Shown here: one piece after another, positions 38,901 to 51,764 of the stretch
How the letters are laid out: each line of letters starts with the position of its first letter
Position numbering within the stretch: the first letter of the stretch is position 1
NCBI GenBank assembly: GCA_976551045.1
Contig: CDPCPM010000056.1
Span: forward strand, 21,452,001-21,516,000
Source of the DNA: Glaucostegus cemiculus
Taxonomy: Eukaryota
Length of the DNA: 64,000 bases
Direction: 5' to 3'
Translations under genes and position numbers: made by a program
Notes under the pieces: model-generated
Databases searched by the model: none
Seen by the model: the letters and a program-made list of their open reading frames with translations, nothing else
What the model was told of the DNA's origin: nothing

Positions 38901-40457
38901 TGACAATAAGGTACTTTGGTGGAGTCAGGGAGGGGCACTGGGTGAGATTGGGACCTCCACTGGGAGTCTCAGGAAATCATTGGGCAGGCGAAGGGAATTG
39001 GGGGCTGGACCCATGACTGAATGGGAATGGAAGATTAGTGGATCATCGAGGAGATGAGGCATGGGGATAAGAATGCAATGGTGCCTGTTGAGTGGGGGAG
39101 CAGTGGGGCTCTAAGGATTAAAATATATCATGGGAGTTATGGTTATGGGGTTCCAATCTATGAAGAACAAGAAGGCCTAGTTTCCTGCAAATACTTCACA
39201 GTGGTTAACTTAGATTAATTTGGTCTAATTTTACTCACAATGTCCCAAAAATGCAAGCAGAATGAAACAACTTGATGTGCTCCTGACATATTAATCATGT
39301 CAGATGTGCAAATGTAATATATGCTGGGAAACATCTGGTTTAATTTCTGGTGTAATTACCACTTTGGTTTCTGGGTGAAGCATATTTTCCATTGTTTTGT
39401 GCTGAAACAAACAGAACTGCACAATCTAGTTTTTTATTATTAGGTGACTCTACACTTTAACCAGGTTCGACTGTGGCCCAAACCGAGTAGGCACTTAATT
39501 AAACAGTCAACATTAAGGAACAATGTAAGGTGAGCCCACCATAGGTTTTTGTCTATAGCGGCATTATCATACACTGGGGAGCTTTTGGATGGATATCATT
39601 CCCAGAACAGATAGCATGAAAGCTGCGTAAAGCATTTTCAGTGAAGAGTATTTATTTGGGTAACATACTAGAGTTGTAGGCGATCTATGTGGATTACGCA
39701 AGCCACTGTAGCACTCTTGACATTTTGCCCTCTTATTTACTCACATCTTCCTCCGCAAGTGTCAGTCATTAATTTCCATGTGCTGAACTCCAAAGTTTAT
39801 TCAAACTATTGTGGGAGAATGACACAAAGGAAATGTCGCCATCACACCTCACTTAATGGCTTCTTGCAATCTGACACCAATATTCTGCTTCCAATTGGGG
39901 GAATATATTTTTCACCCTGTAACTTGAGGGAAATGAAATCATCCTATGTGAAAATAAATTTTGATTTCTAATGTGGTATTTTTGTCCTCTTTCCTGCAAC
40001 CAGAAAATCAAACGATGTCCAAAACCAAAGTGTTGTTCTGTATCAGTGCTATTGCTGAAAGCTTTACAAATTACAGGGACTGCTGAAACTATTCACTGGA
40101 AATTCCTATTGATGGGATAGTGCAAGTGTCAGAATGTTCCTGAATTTGCTTCCTTCCCACCCACTGAGCTCTGCTCTTTAAATTTTTGCTTCTCCAGCAA
40201 GAATGCACTCTCACACAAATGTGTGACACTTTCATTGGAAATACAAATCAGCTTCTGAATATTTATTAAGGGGAAGCCCACGATTTTCCTGTTTTCATAC
40301 AGAACACAAGCAGTGCAAATGTTGGGCTTTAGAGGCCAACTAAGCCTACACATTGTAAGGAATTGAAACATTAGCTCCAGCACTGTTCATTCCCTTTTTG
40401 GTGCCAAAATGATAAACTATGGAGATCAATTTCAATGTGCCATTTTGCTTAAGCTCA

Positions 40458-41245
40458 TGGAACATAGAACGTAAGAACTTAAGGAGCAGGAGTGGGCCAT
40501 CTGGCCCGTCGAGCCTGCTTCGCCATTCAATAAAATCATGGCTGATCTGGCTGTGGATTCAGATCCACCTACCTGCCTTTTCCCCATAACCCTTAATTTC
40601 CCCACTATGCAAAAATCTATCTATATGTGTCTTAAATATACTCAATGAGGTAGCCTCTACTGCCTCCCTAGGCAGAGAATTCCATAGATTCACCACTCTC
40701 TGGGAAAAGCAGTCCCTCCTCATCTCCATCCTAAATCTACACTCCTGAACCTTGAGGCCATGTCCTCTGGTTCTAGTCTCACCTACCAGTGGAAACAACC
40801 TACCTGCCTCTATTTTATCTATCTCTTCCATAATTTTATATGCTTGTATAAGATCCCTTCTCATTCTTCTGAATTCCAGCAAGTATAGTCCCAGGCGACT
40901 CAATCTCTCCTCATTGGCTAACATCCTCATCTCCAGAATCAACCTGGTGAACCTTCTCTGCACTGCCATCAAAGCCAATATATCTTTCCTTAAGTACGTA
41001 AGGAGACCAGAACTGCACGCAGTACTCCAGCTGCGGCCTCACCAGTACCTGGTACAGTTGCAGCATAAGTTCCCTGCTCTTAAATTCAATCCTCTAGCAA
41101 TGAAGGCCAACATTCCATATGCCTTCATGATAACCTGTTGCACCTGCAAACCAACCTTTTGAGATTCATGCACTAGCACTCCCAAGTCCCTCTGCACAAC
41201 AGCATGCTGCAATCTTTCTCCATTTAAATAATAATCCGATCTTCA
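40458..41245 (-). mobile_element. CR1 3' portion, relatively young and 5'-truncated
   Basis: ORF 40559-40978 AVQRRFTRLI...RLGLYLLEFRRMRRDLI...FSQRVVNLWNSLP; 3'UTR and (AACATAG)-type tail. Confidence 0.95.
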
Positions 41246-41364
41246 AGTGAGGAAGTGAAAAGGGATTCCTAAGATCTTAGACAGTATCGGAAGGTGTCTG
41301 CCTTCACCTGCCTGATATGACACTCCCTGTATCTCCAGCCCCAGATATAGACCAGTTTTCATGT

Positions 41365-41615
41365 ACATAGAACAATACAGCACAATACAGGCCCTTCATC
41401 CCACCATGTTGTGCCGTCCATCAAACCACACCTAACACTATCTAACCCCTTCCTCCCACATATCCCTCTATCCCACATTCCTCCATATGCCTATCCAACA
41501 ATATCTTGAACCTGTCCAATGTATCTGCCTCCACCACCACCCCAGGCAGCGCATTCCATTCCCCAACCACTCTCTGGGTGAAAAACCTCCCTCTGACATC
41601 TCCCCTGAACTCCAC
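41365..41615 (-). mobile_element. CR1 3' end (different subfamily)
   Basis: ACATAGAACAATACAGCACAATACAGGCCCTTC tail; minus FFTQRVVGEWNALPG. Confidence 0.9.
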
Positions 41616-41796
41616 CTATGCCATAGCAATTCTATGGTTCTTTGTGAGGTGTCTAATCCATTGTTTAATCGCATCAACATATTCATTTCCTTTACCACTT
41701 AACACTATCTGCACTGAATAATACTGAATATTACTGAATTGCTAAACCACATAGTACAATGGAATAGCCCAGAGAAAAAGCTGTGCTCTTCAACAT

Positions 41797-43045
41797 ATGT
41801 AATTTTGGTCAGTACCACTTTAAGAATTTTGGCATGTGACCAACTGCTCTCCAACGTTGGTACAAATGCGTCAGTATAAAAGTGACCAAAGGCTATCTTC
41901 TTCTATAGTAAAAGCTGTTGTAAGAAATGCTGCTTTGCAAACTGTAAATTATTTTATAAATAAAGTACCTTTGCTCATTGGTTTAAATCACTGGCTATGT
42001 TCCAGTGCCTTATAGAATGAATGAAAGAAGATACTGAGACATGGTGTCAGAAGTCCTTGCTGATGAAGCTATAAAATTTAAAACTCTGTGCCCTAACTCT
42101 AATTATTGAATTTCAGGCATGATGCCTCCCACCTGACATTATGCATAGATGTGTGCCTGGAATCAACAAGCTGTGTGATTCAACTGAGATAGTATATGAT
42201 GGAACAAATAAAGACGCTTGAGCCTCTTAATTTCCAGGCAAGTAACTTGTTTAAAGAATGGAAACAATGCAGGGAGCAGTTTGCAGTCAGTATTGAGCCG
42301 GCAATGGTGGATAAACCAGACCTGACAAAAGTAAAGGCATTATTGTATCTCATTGGTCACAAGGGAAGAATCTTGTACTATTCCATAAAACCCTCAAATG
42401 AGACCCTGGAGAATGCATTAGATACATTACAAGCATCTAGAAATGAAACAGTTGAACATCTCTGGTTCCTTGTACACAACCAAGAGCAGAGAGAATCCTT
42501 TGATACTTCCTTAACAGAGTTAAGATTGTTGGCAGATAGCTGCAGTTTTGAAGGACTCGCTCATCAAAAATTGAATTACACGTGGAATCCTAGAGTTCCA
42601 CCTGAGGGAACAGCTACAGCACAAAACAGTTTTAACTCTGGAAAGGTGCACACAGAGAAACAAAGTTAAAGATCTATTTCAAGCCTGGCTAGAACTGTTC
42701 CATAGTCAACAGAAGAAAGTTCATGTGTTGAAATAGAGACAAAGGACAGAACAGGGAAATTACAGTCAAAGTGGCTTGGATGTTATGAGTGTTGTGGTCA
42801 GCAACCTGAGTGCCCGTGTACACGACAAAATGTGCATGATGTGGCTTGGAAAATCAATTCTACAGACTGCCTAATAGAAAGGACATTGTAAGTCATGGGA
42901 TGGACAAGGTGGACCATGTGTGGACAGAGGCAGAGCCAGATCCAGTGCACCAATTGTCACTGCCAAACAAAGTCAACAGATGTATCTGTCCCAAGGCACA
43001 AGTGCAAGGGGAACCAGTAACAGGAGCAAAATCTAATGTGAAGGA
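41797..43045 (+). mobile_element. Gypsy (Mag-like) LTR retrotransposon 5' relic: LTR, PBS, gag pseudogene, protease remnant
   Basis: TATAAAA (41876), AATAAA (41959), LTR end CA (42041), PBS, gag ORF 42196-42669 (NL..EWK, KVKALLYLIG, RNETVE..F..NQ..ESFD..LTELRLLA..C.F), decayed zinc knuckles near 42790-42860, TGAKSNV near 43020. LTR start is uncertain. Confidence 0.85.
42042..42054 (+). other. Primer binding site complementary to the tRNA-Leu 3' end
   Basis: TGGTGTCAGAAGT immediately after ...GACA and about 140 bp before the gag ATG. Confidence 0.85.
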
Positions 43046-43521
43046 AGCCATCAACATCAAGGTCAGGTGCGTAGTGGTTAGTGTGACATTATTATAGCAC
43101 TATAATAACGTCACACTTATTAAAAGGGTACTGGTGTGTTCCATTAACAGAGAGACGGGAGAGAGACACGGCAGCCTGTTGTGTTTCTGTCAATGGATGA
43201 AGGACAGTAACCGTGTTTGTCACTACAGTCCACAGATGGATTTCTGGAGTAGTCCAGTGGAATCCACTTTGTCAGTAACCTGTAGAAGAACACATCTTCT
43301 TATGGGCTCTGCAGCTGCAATGTGGCAAGAACATATGTAATATTTTAGTGCAGTGCCATTGTGGGAAAGAAATTGGTCATCAGGTGCTGTAGGTGGCACA
43401 GGTAATGGCCCATATCCCACTCCTGTACTGCAAAAGTCACCTGACCTACCATGCATTTCATCTGGGAATTCCAAAATGGAACTTGTGCTCAAGAGTAGTA
43501 TGTACAAATCTCCATGGAAAT

Positions 43522-43538
43522 GGGGGGGGGGGGGGGGG
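43522..43538 (+). repeat. Poly-G run (17 nt)
   Basis: Direct read. Confidence 0.95.
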
Positions 43539-43734
43539 AATGGACACAGCTTAGCCCTCATCAGGTTGTGCATCAGCTCTAGATATGCAAATACAAGTGT
43601 TACCTTGTGCTGAGTTTCTACCTGTCCCTGGTGTTGCAGAGGATGGGCCTGGCCTCATTGCTGTGGAACCACCGAGCATTATTTTATTCAACCCAACGCT
43701 CCACAGAAATCAGGAAACAACTTATCTTACAAAG

Positions 43735-43820
43735 GCTTAGACCTGAAATGTTAACTCTGTTTCTCTTTCCATAGATTCTGTCTGTCTTGCTGAGTGTTTC
43801 CAACATATTTCTTTCTTTTC
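43735..43820 (+). mobile_element. Penelope-like fragment
   Basis: GACCTGAAATGTTAACTCTGTTTCTCTTTCCATAGA...TTGCTGAGTGTTTCCAACAT. Confidence 0.65.
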
Positions 43821-44119
43821 TCCAAGTAACTACGCAAAATTGAGCATTTGGAAAGGGAGAAGGGGCTATCCTTCCTGTGGCAAACACTTTGTGCTCCAAG
43901 AGATGGAACTTCTGCATTAGTTGCATCACTGCAGTGCTGTGTTAAAATCAGCAATGTATGCTGATTGATTTGACTACTCTGCCTTTTGGCATTTTTCCCA
44001 ATATGTTAAAAAGTGCAACTCAAACAACCAATATGAGTTACACATCACACATAAAATTGAAAACAACTTAGCACTATGGGCCCAAACAATGAAAGCCTAT
44101 GAGCCAGATTTTGTACTTA

Positions 44120-45520
44120 GAACCATAGAGTGATCCAACACGGACAAAACCCGCTGGCCCAACCTGTCCATGCTGACTAAGATGCCATCCTAAGCTCATT
44201 CTCATTGCCTGCATCTGACCCTCTAACTCTTTCTTATCCATGAATCTGTACAAGTGTCTTTTAAATGTTGTAATTGTACCTGCCTCTACCACTTTCTCTG
44301 GCAGCTCGTTCCATATACCCACCACCTCTCCATTTGTGAAAAAGTCCCCTTGAAATATTTCCCCTCTCACCTAAACCTATGTCCTCTAGTTTTAAATTCC
44401 CCTACCCTGAGGAAAAGACTGACCACTCACCTTATCTATGTCCCTCATAATTTCATAAACCTCCATAAGGTCACCCTTTCATCCTCATTCACTCCAGGGA
44501 AAACAGTCTCAGCCTTTCCAGTCTTTCCTTACACTTCAAGCCCTCCAGTCACAGCAACGTCCTTGTGAATCTCTTCTGCACTCTCTTAAACTTAATCACA
44601 TCCTTCCTATAGTACGGTGACCAGAACTGCACACAATATTCCAGGGGTGGTCTTACCAATGTCTTGTACAGCTGTAACATGAATCCCAACTCTTGTATTC
44701 AGTGCCTCATCCAATGAAAGCAATCATGCCACACCCCTTCTTCACCACCTTGTCTACCTGTGTCTCACTTTCAGGAACTATGTACTTACTTGTTCAACAA
44801 CACTCCCCAGGGCCCTGTTACGTGCACTGCATATGTTCTGCCCTGGTTTAACTTCCCTAAATGCATCATTTCACACTTATCTGAGTTAAATTCCATCTGG
44901 CATTCACTTGTCCACTTACCCAGTTGATCTAGATCCTGTTATAGCCTGAGACAACATGCTTCACTGTCCACAATTTTAATGTCACCCACATACTTATTAA
45001 TCATGCTACCTATAGTGTCATCCAAATTGTTAATATATACGACAAACAATAGGGGACCCAGCAGCACACCACTGGTTACAGGCCTTCAGTCTGAGAAACA
45101 GCCTCCACTACCACCCTCTGATTCCTTCCACCAAGCCAATTTTGTATCCAATTCACTAGCTCACAATGCATCCCATGTGATCTCACCCTCTGGACCAGTC
45201 TACCATGAAAGATCTTGTCAAAAGCCTTGCTAAAATCCATGTAGACAACATCTACTATCCTGCCCTCATCAATCCTCTTGATCACCTTTACAAAAAACTC
45301 AAATCTATGAGACACAATTCCGCATGCACAAAGCCATACTGACTATCCCTAATCAGTCCTTGCCTTTCCAAATGCAGATAGATCCTGTCTCTCAGAATCC
45401 TCTCCAGTGATCTTCAGCAACCTTCTCACAACTTATGTTAAGCTCACCAGTCTGTAGTTCCCTGGTTTGTTCTTGCAGCCCTTCTTAAATAAAGGAACAA
45501 CATTAGCCACCCTCCACCTT
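44120..45520 (-). mobile_element. CR1 RT domain to 3' end
   Basis: ORF 45076-45315 IDEGRIVDVVYMDFSKAFDK..HGRL...WIQNWL..RNQRVVVE; C-terminal VVGIWNELPEKVVEAG. Confidence 0.95.
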
Positions 45521-48399
45521 ATTGTATCTTGTAGGTTCGTGTCTGCTTTTAAGGCAGCACCTTTGGATGTTTGAGGTACCATTTATTTTATCAGTGAATT
45601 TTCTGCCAGGATTGTTCAACTGATTGCTTCTGTGGAGACTGCCCTTGAGGGACAAAGAGCATAGCCTTCTTCTCTCTCATTTCCTGCTGCATGAATTCTA
45701 CTGCAGCATCAGTAAATTGTGTGCAGCAGCCTCCATTGCCCAAACATTTTGCAACTCCAAAAGCTTCCCTTGTGTTCCAGGTGATTTTGCGGCTGTTTAA
45801 GTGGCTGGTGAAGCCCTATAAATGAGTTTCAGCTATTACCCACATGTAAGCACTCAATTACGCAGTTCGTTAGATGATCAAGAATTCACAATGAATAGAT
45901 AAAATATGCTAATTCCAAACATTCGAGGGTGAACGACTATGGGAGTGCAGTCAATGGAAAAGCTTGTATCGCAACGTTTACTCCTGATTTGAGTATGAAC
46001 AGGAATTCCCAGACTCATATCTTTAATTGCATCCTCTTCAGGAACTGAAGGTTGAGACAGCATTTAGATTCAGGTGGTGAATAATTTCCTATAAGATAAA
46101 AAGTTACCCTTGTCACATAAAGCGCTCGGGTGGAGAACGCCAACAGTAAAACCTACAGTTTTAATACCTTTCCTGTCACAGCTTTTGAAAAAATAGCCAT
46201 GACTTACATTGCCTGGATAGAGGAAAGCTACTTTTAGGCTCAGATAGTTGCTCTACCAGCCTACCTTGACAACTACAATTCATCAAATAAACTTATGCCT
46301 GGTACTATTCAACATTACTACTGGATAAACAAACTTCATAATGATGAATGTCTTGCTTTTAAACCATAATGTTATTAACTGGTAAAAATCACCCACTATC
46401 CTGGCACCCCAGTTCATTCTGTGTTCTGCTTATGATTAACCCTCCAAGCTCTGGGACAATTCTCAAAAATGATTTTCCAGTTTCACTTCGCAGCAACATA
46501 AATAAAAATAGCACAGGACAAGAAACAAGATCCTAAACAAATGACAGCTATTGTGGTCTTCTCTCGCATAGCCTTTTCTTAAACTGTGGTATAGTTCCTA
46601 TCCTTTCATGTCCACAGCATTCTTTATTGGCACTCAACAAGTACTTAGGCTGCTTTCATGTAGGAAAACAAAGTACTAACAGGATATCAGGCTGATCTGG
46701 GTTGACAAAGCAATAAGCATTTGTTGATTTATTGTAATTGCTGTTGTCTTTTTCTGGATCACAATAAAACAAGGATATCTCTAAAAATATATAACTCAAT
46801 GGTAATTTGATGCTTCAAGTAATTTAACTAAACATTCTACTCACACTCAAGCACCAACTTCCTTTTGGTTCTGGTTAGAAGATGTTACAGCAAGGTCCAC
46901 TCAGACTTAATTTATCATTAAAGAGTAAGATTCCTCCACTTATTTTCTCCTCTATACAGTTTTCTCTGACAGGAGGTATAAAACAACATGTGCCCAGGCC
47001 TCTGCTGCAGGTGTATTGAGGAGGCTGTCAACATATGGCCTCATTCTGTGCTTTAAGCATGTATGATTCTATGAAGAAACCTTTGTAGTTGAGGCTTTAG
47101 GAGTTCACACAACTGTGTATCCTCCCGTCTTATTGGGGAAAACTGAGTTTTCTCTTGTCAGTTCTTATTCTGCTGTCATGGTGCGATTCAAAAACTTCTA
47201 CAAAAATCACAGGCATTAAAAAAATACAAATATGAAATTCAAGCCACAAGTGGTAAGATACTAAGCTGTGTTTGCACGTAATGAGAGTTCTGCCTCAACC
47301 AATATATTGGGGAAAGTGAGTTGCTGGGCAAGTATTAAACACAGGTAAGGTGGTCGGGAGGAAGTCGGGGCAGAAGGATTGGTTGTGGGAAGCAGACATC
47401 AGATCATCTTTGCCCCTTCTGCATTTTATATTGACTGCGTACTCCATAGCAATAGCATAAACCTGTGAGCAAGCCATTAGTTATCTCAGCTGAGCAAAGA
47501 TACAAGTTGTGTCTCAAAGGAAGGATACATAAAGACAAAGAGGAAATAACCTTAAAAAGTGGGTGAAAATTTTAAATTTGTTAATGAATGGTTTACCTAT
47601 TCCTCCACTTAAACCTAAGTATCTACAAAATGTCAGTACTGACTTCTGCTTATCTCTGCACACATATTCACTCACACAAAGTAGAACTCTCAAGAAATAC
47701 TGTGTGAGGTTAGTTTAGCCACAGCTTCCTGATAAAAATGACTTTGACATGAAATGTATTTGAGTGGTTTGCTAATTCCCAAACTGTGGATGAAAACAGG
47801 AATCAGGGGTATTTGATAACAGTTCTCAGGCACTACAATGGGCTGTGGCGGTTATCAGTTGTATCAAGTGCTCCCAGCTTTGCAATGCACATTGGTTTCT
47901 TATCATGAAATAAGCATAACACAGCTCATCTTGAAAAGAAGGGTTGTTAACACTGACAGCTCCCTAATGGCAGGCGAGGTTAACCATTTCAAACAGCAGC
48001 TTACAGCGCAGTGTGAATTCACAACAATTTAGCATTTAAAATCACGGGTCAATGAATCATCTTGTTGCAAACAGCAGAAAACCTTATACTTCTCAACAGA
48101 CTAACAGAAGAACAGTGGTGAAAGGAATCTTACTGAAATCATACAAGGTCCCTTTTTCGGGTGGCACTGCACATAGCTAGGTGCTGTAATTTATACTGTA
48201 GCTTTGTCTGATGACCTTTAGTATGCAAATGTAAATGAAGCATAATGCACAAGTCAGCTAGTCCAATAGCAAGAACATTGTCATGTAATTGGGACTGACC
48301 GGTGCTGATATTCTGCTGATATGGCAAGACAGCCAGTTGAACAATGACATTTTGTAGATATCAGTTTGTTGTCCTGAATTGGGTCAACAAACAAAGTAG

Positions 48400-48655
48400 A
48401 AATATAATGAAGGTCTGAGCAAAGACTTCTTTACACAGTGACTGGTGACCTGGAACTTGCTGCCATAAAGATGATGGACAAGGAAACGATGAATGATTTT
48501 GAAAGGAAATTGAATAAGCACTTGAGGAAAATAAATCTGCAAGGCCATAGATGTAGAGAAGGGGGAATGGGACATATAGGGGTGTTCAATAGACAACTGG
48601 CATGGATTCTCGTGGGTTAAATGGCCTCCTTCTGTGTTGCAATCATTTTATGACC
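48400..48655 (+). mobile_element. CR1 3' end
   Basis: TTCTTTACACAG...TGGAAC...; tail GGGTTAAATGGCCTCCTTCTGTG. Confidence 0.8.
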
Positions 48656-48769
48656 CTAACTTTGCTGTGGCTCTGATGGTGTATATGGTTTATGTCAAGT
48701 TTGTTATATGAAATAATGGCCTGGATTTAATATGAATATTCAGAGTGTTCATGCTATTCACATATATTA

Positions 48770-49270
48770 TAATCAAGAGGTTAGGACCATTCAAGGACAA
48801 AGGGAGAAATTTATGCCTGGAGCCAGAGGAAGTTGGCAAGATATTAAATGAGTACTTCCCATTGGTATTCACCAAGGAGAAGGACATGAAGGATAGTGAG
48901 ACCACGGAGGGGTACGCTGATATTCTTGGGCATGTTGATATCAAGAAGAAGGAGTTGTTGGGGCTCTTGATGAACATTAAGGTGCATAAGTCCCCAGGCC
49001 TGATGAGATCTATCCCATGTTATTGAGAGAAGCAAGAGAGGAGACTGCTGGGGCCTTGGCACAGATCCTTTTATCTTCTTTTAGTCACAGTGAAGGTCCC
49101 AGAGGATTAGAGAATAGCCAATGTTGTTTCTCTGTTTAAGAAGGGTAATAGATACAAACTACAGAATTAGAGGCCAGTGAGCCTTACATCAGTGGTAGGG
49201 AAATTATTGGAGAAGATTTTTAGGGATAGGATATACTTGCTTTTGGAAAATTCCCTTATTAGGGATTGTC
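48770..49270 (+). mobile_element. CR1 ORF2 internal fragment (linker to RT start)
   Basis: GPFKDKGRNLCLEPEEVGKILNEYF..VFTKEKD, KSPG, VPED*RIANVV.LFKKG, RPVSLTSVVGKLLEKI. Confidence 0.92.
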
Positions 49271-50994
49271 CCCAGGATCTTCCACAAGAATCTTTAAAAA
49301 TACATTTAGCACTGATACCAGAGCAATAGTGTGAAGTTTGGTTTTAGCCCACAAGACCTACACAAAAGACACTTGAAAAAGTTGAGCTTGGGGCATTCAG
49401 GAGAATAGGGAATTTGCTACAAAATGTGAAATAATAATTGATCTTAATGTGAAATAATAATCAAACAACATCTCTGGCTCTGTGAGTAATTTCACAAACA
49501 TATAGGCTTATTACTTCAAAAGTTAATCTGTGCTCAACATAAAAAAGAATGGATTGGTCACCTCTATATCTAAAAAAAACAATGTTCTAAATAAATGCAT
49601 TGTAACAGTTATCATAAAACTGGAGAATGGGGCAAAAGATATGCAGACCTATAAACAGAGAAAAAAATTACATGCAACTGTAGGGCTAAGTTCTGCATAT
49701 AAATAAAGAATGAGGTATTTATAACAGTTTAAATATGATTAAGTCATGATACAGGTAAGTACTTGACACAGCATAAATAAGTAGCTTGTTCAAGTCAATG
49801 TGTGGGACAGATTTGGATTGGATTCAATTAGAAATTGGTGGAGACATAGTCACTGTCCTATATTATTGTAGTTATGTGAAGAACCAGTGCACAGCAAAAA
49901 CTATATGGGTAGTACTTCTGAACAGTCCTTTGAACAATTCAAGCAATAGGTCTGCTGTCAGTCAAACCAAGGGTGTGGTGGCTAAGAAAAACTTTGTGAG
50001 GTGACATGGAAACTCCATTATTATATTTGTGACTCCACTCAATAGACATGTTTAGAGCTCCTATCCCCTGCCAAAGTTTAGTTTTACAGTTGGAATGCAA
50101 AAACTAAAATGGAAGTTGGTTATGCAACTCATCTTCTAAATACTTCAAAAGCAGGCCACGATTTCCTCTGAACTTCAGCCGTTAAAGCCTCGGAAACCAT
50201 TGTCCCCTGTTAGTTATGTCTGTTGTAAATCTAAATTTCCCACAGACTGACACAGATCATTATGTATCCTTTCACAGCAGATGTAACCATCAGTGACAGA
50301 TTTTTACTTGTTTCTCCTTTCAGTAACTTAAGGCATTTCACCAAAAAAATTGCATCACACCTTGGGGAATCTCCTTTTCAGAAGTCTGCCACAATACATA
50401 TGTAAACTATTAACATTTTTATCTTGTTTATTTTAACTACTCTATTGTCCTTTTGCCAAGGAAATAGACATTCAGTCTAGAGGTTTACAAATGCTCTCAG
50501 TAATATGAACACAGGAGAGCAGCTTAACATAATTTTCTCTGGAAATATTCTTCTTAGTACATAGAGAAGAATACGTATATGTTATTTAGGGTTACAAATC
50601 TACAGTACAATAAAATAGAGTCAAAACATGCAAACTGCCACACTGCATTTTAGAAAGGGGTAATGGTGGTATAGTTGACCATTTTAATGGAGAACTCCCT
50701 CATCCATTTTTTCACATTTTCAATGCAAGTACAGTGCATGAGTTTTCAATGAAAATAGCACAGACTACAGCAGCATACTTTATACAGTGTCATGTAACCC
50801 CCTTTAATGAATGAATTGGATCAGAGCTCTACAGTCCTGTCACATCCAGTCATGAATGCTGTGGACAACCAAACAATAAACAGTAGTAGAAGCCTCCAAG
50901 AATATGAAGCCCAGCATTTGAGTGTACAAAATGCAGCCCAAACATTATAACTGTTCTCAAGTAGAAGTGCGGAATAAGTGATCCATCTCAGCCT

Positions 50995-51670
50995 AATCTT
51001 GAGGTCCCCAACATTACAGCTTTGGTCCATAAAGAGTGAATCCAGAGATGAGGTGAAAGTGAATACTGTTTCTATCTAAGTACCATTTGAATGGGAGTCA
51101 CAGAGAAAACTCCCATTGAACGGGAGTTATACCTTGCACAAAGTTGGTTATGATTGTTGGAAACAATCATCACTTCCTTAGAATGTTGCTGCAGAAGTTC
51201 CTCAGGATAGTATCCTAGGCCTAATCATCTTCATCAGCTTTACCGATGACCTTCCTTCCATCATAAGCAAATAAATTAAGGTAATCACTGATGACTACAG
51301 TATTCAGTCCTATTTGCAAATCCTTTGGTAATTTGGTAATTAGTGCCTACATATAATGAGATCTGGATGACAATCAGGCTTAGGCCAATAAATAATAAGT
51401 GGCATTGACAGCACACAAGTGTCAGAAAACAACCAGCTTCAGCAAGAGAGAGTCTAACCACATACACTTGGTACTCATTTGCAGTGACACTACCAAATCA
51501 TCATCATTAACATCTTGGGAATGGGAAGCTGGTTAGGGTGGGGAGATGGTGGTTACCATTGACTAGAAACTTATTTGGAGCAGGCACATAAGTACCATGG
51601 CTAAAAGATGAGATCAGAGACTGGGTATTCTGCAGTGCATAGCTGGCAAATTGGTCAACTTCTTCTCATG
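50995..51670 (+). mobile_element. CR1/L2-group LINE RT fragment (same family as 18440-19785)
   Basis: AEVPQDSILGLIIFISFTDDLPSII and a decayed FADD region (ITDDY); shares GGTTACCATTGAC.AGAAACT with the other copy. Confidence 0.82.
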
Positions 51671-51764
51671 GCTACAGGTGCCATTTGGATTTCCACTGGC
51701 AACTTGTGGGTCATTGAGGCAGTCAACACAGGGATTCTCAGAAGGGTCCAGAGAGCAAGCATTG

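Noticed and set aside
45878-46155. CpG-containing ORF and possible 45-nt minus-strand exon
   Set aside because: The longer exon candidate has stops in all frames, the short one lacks a pyrimidine tract, and the peptides are unrecognised.
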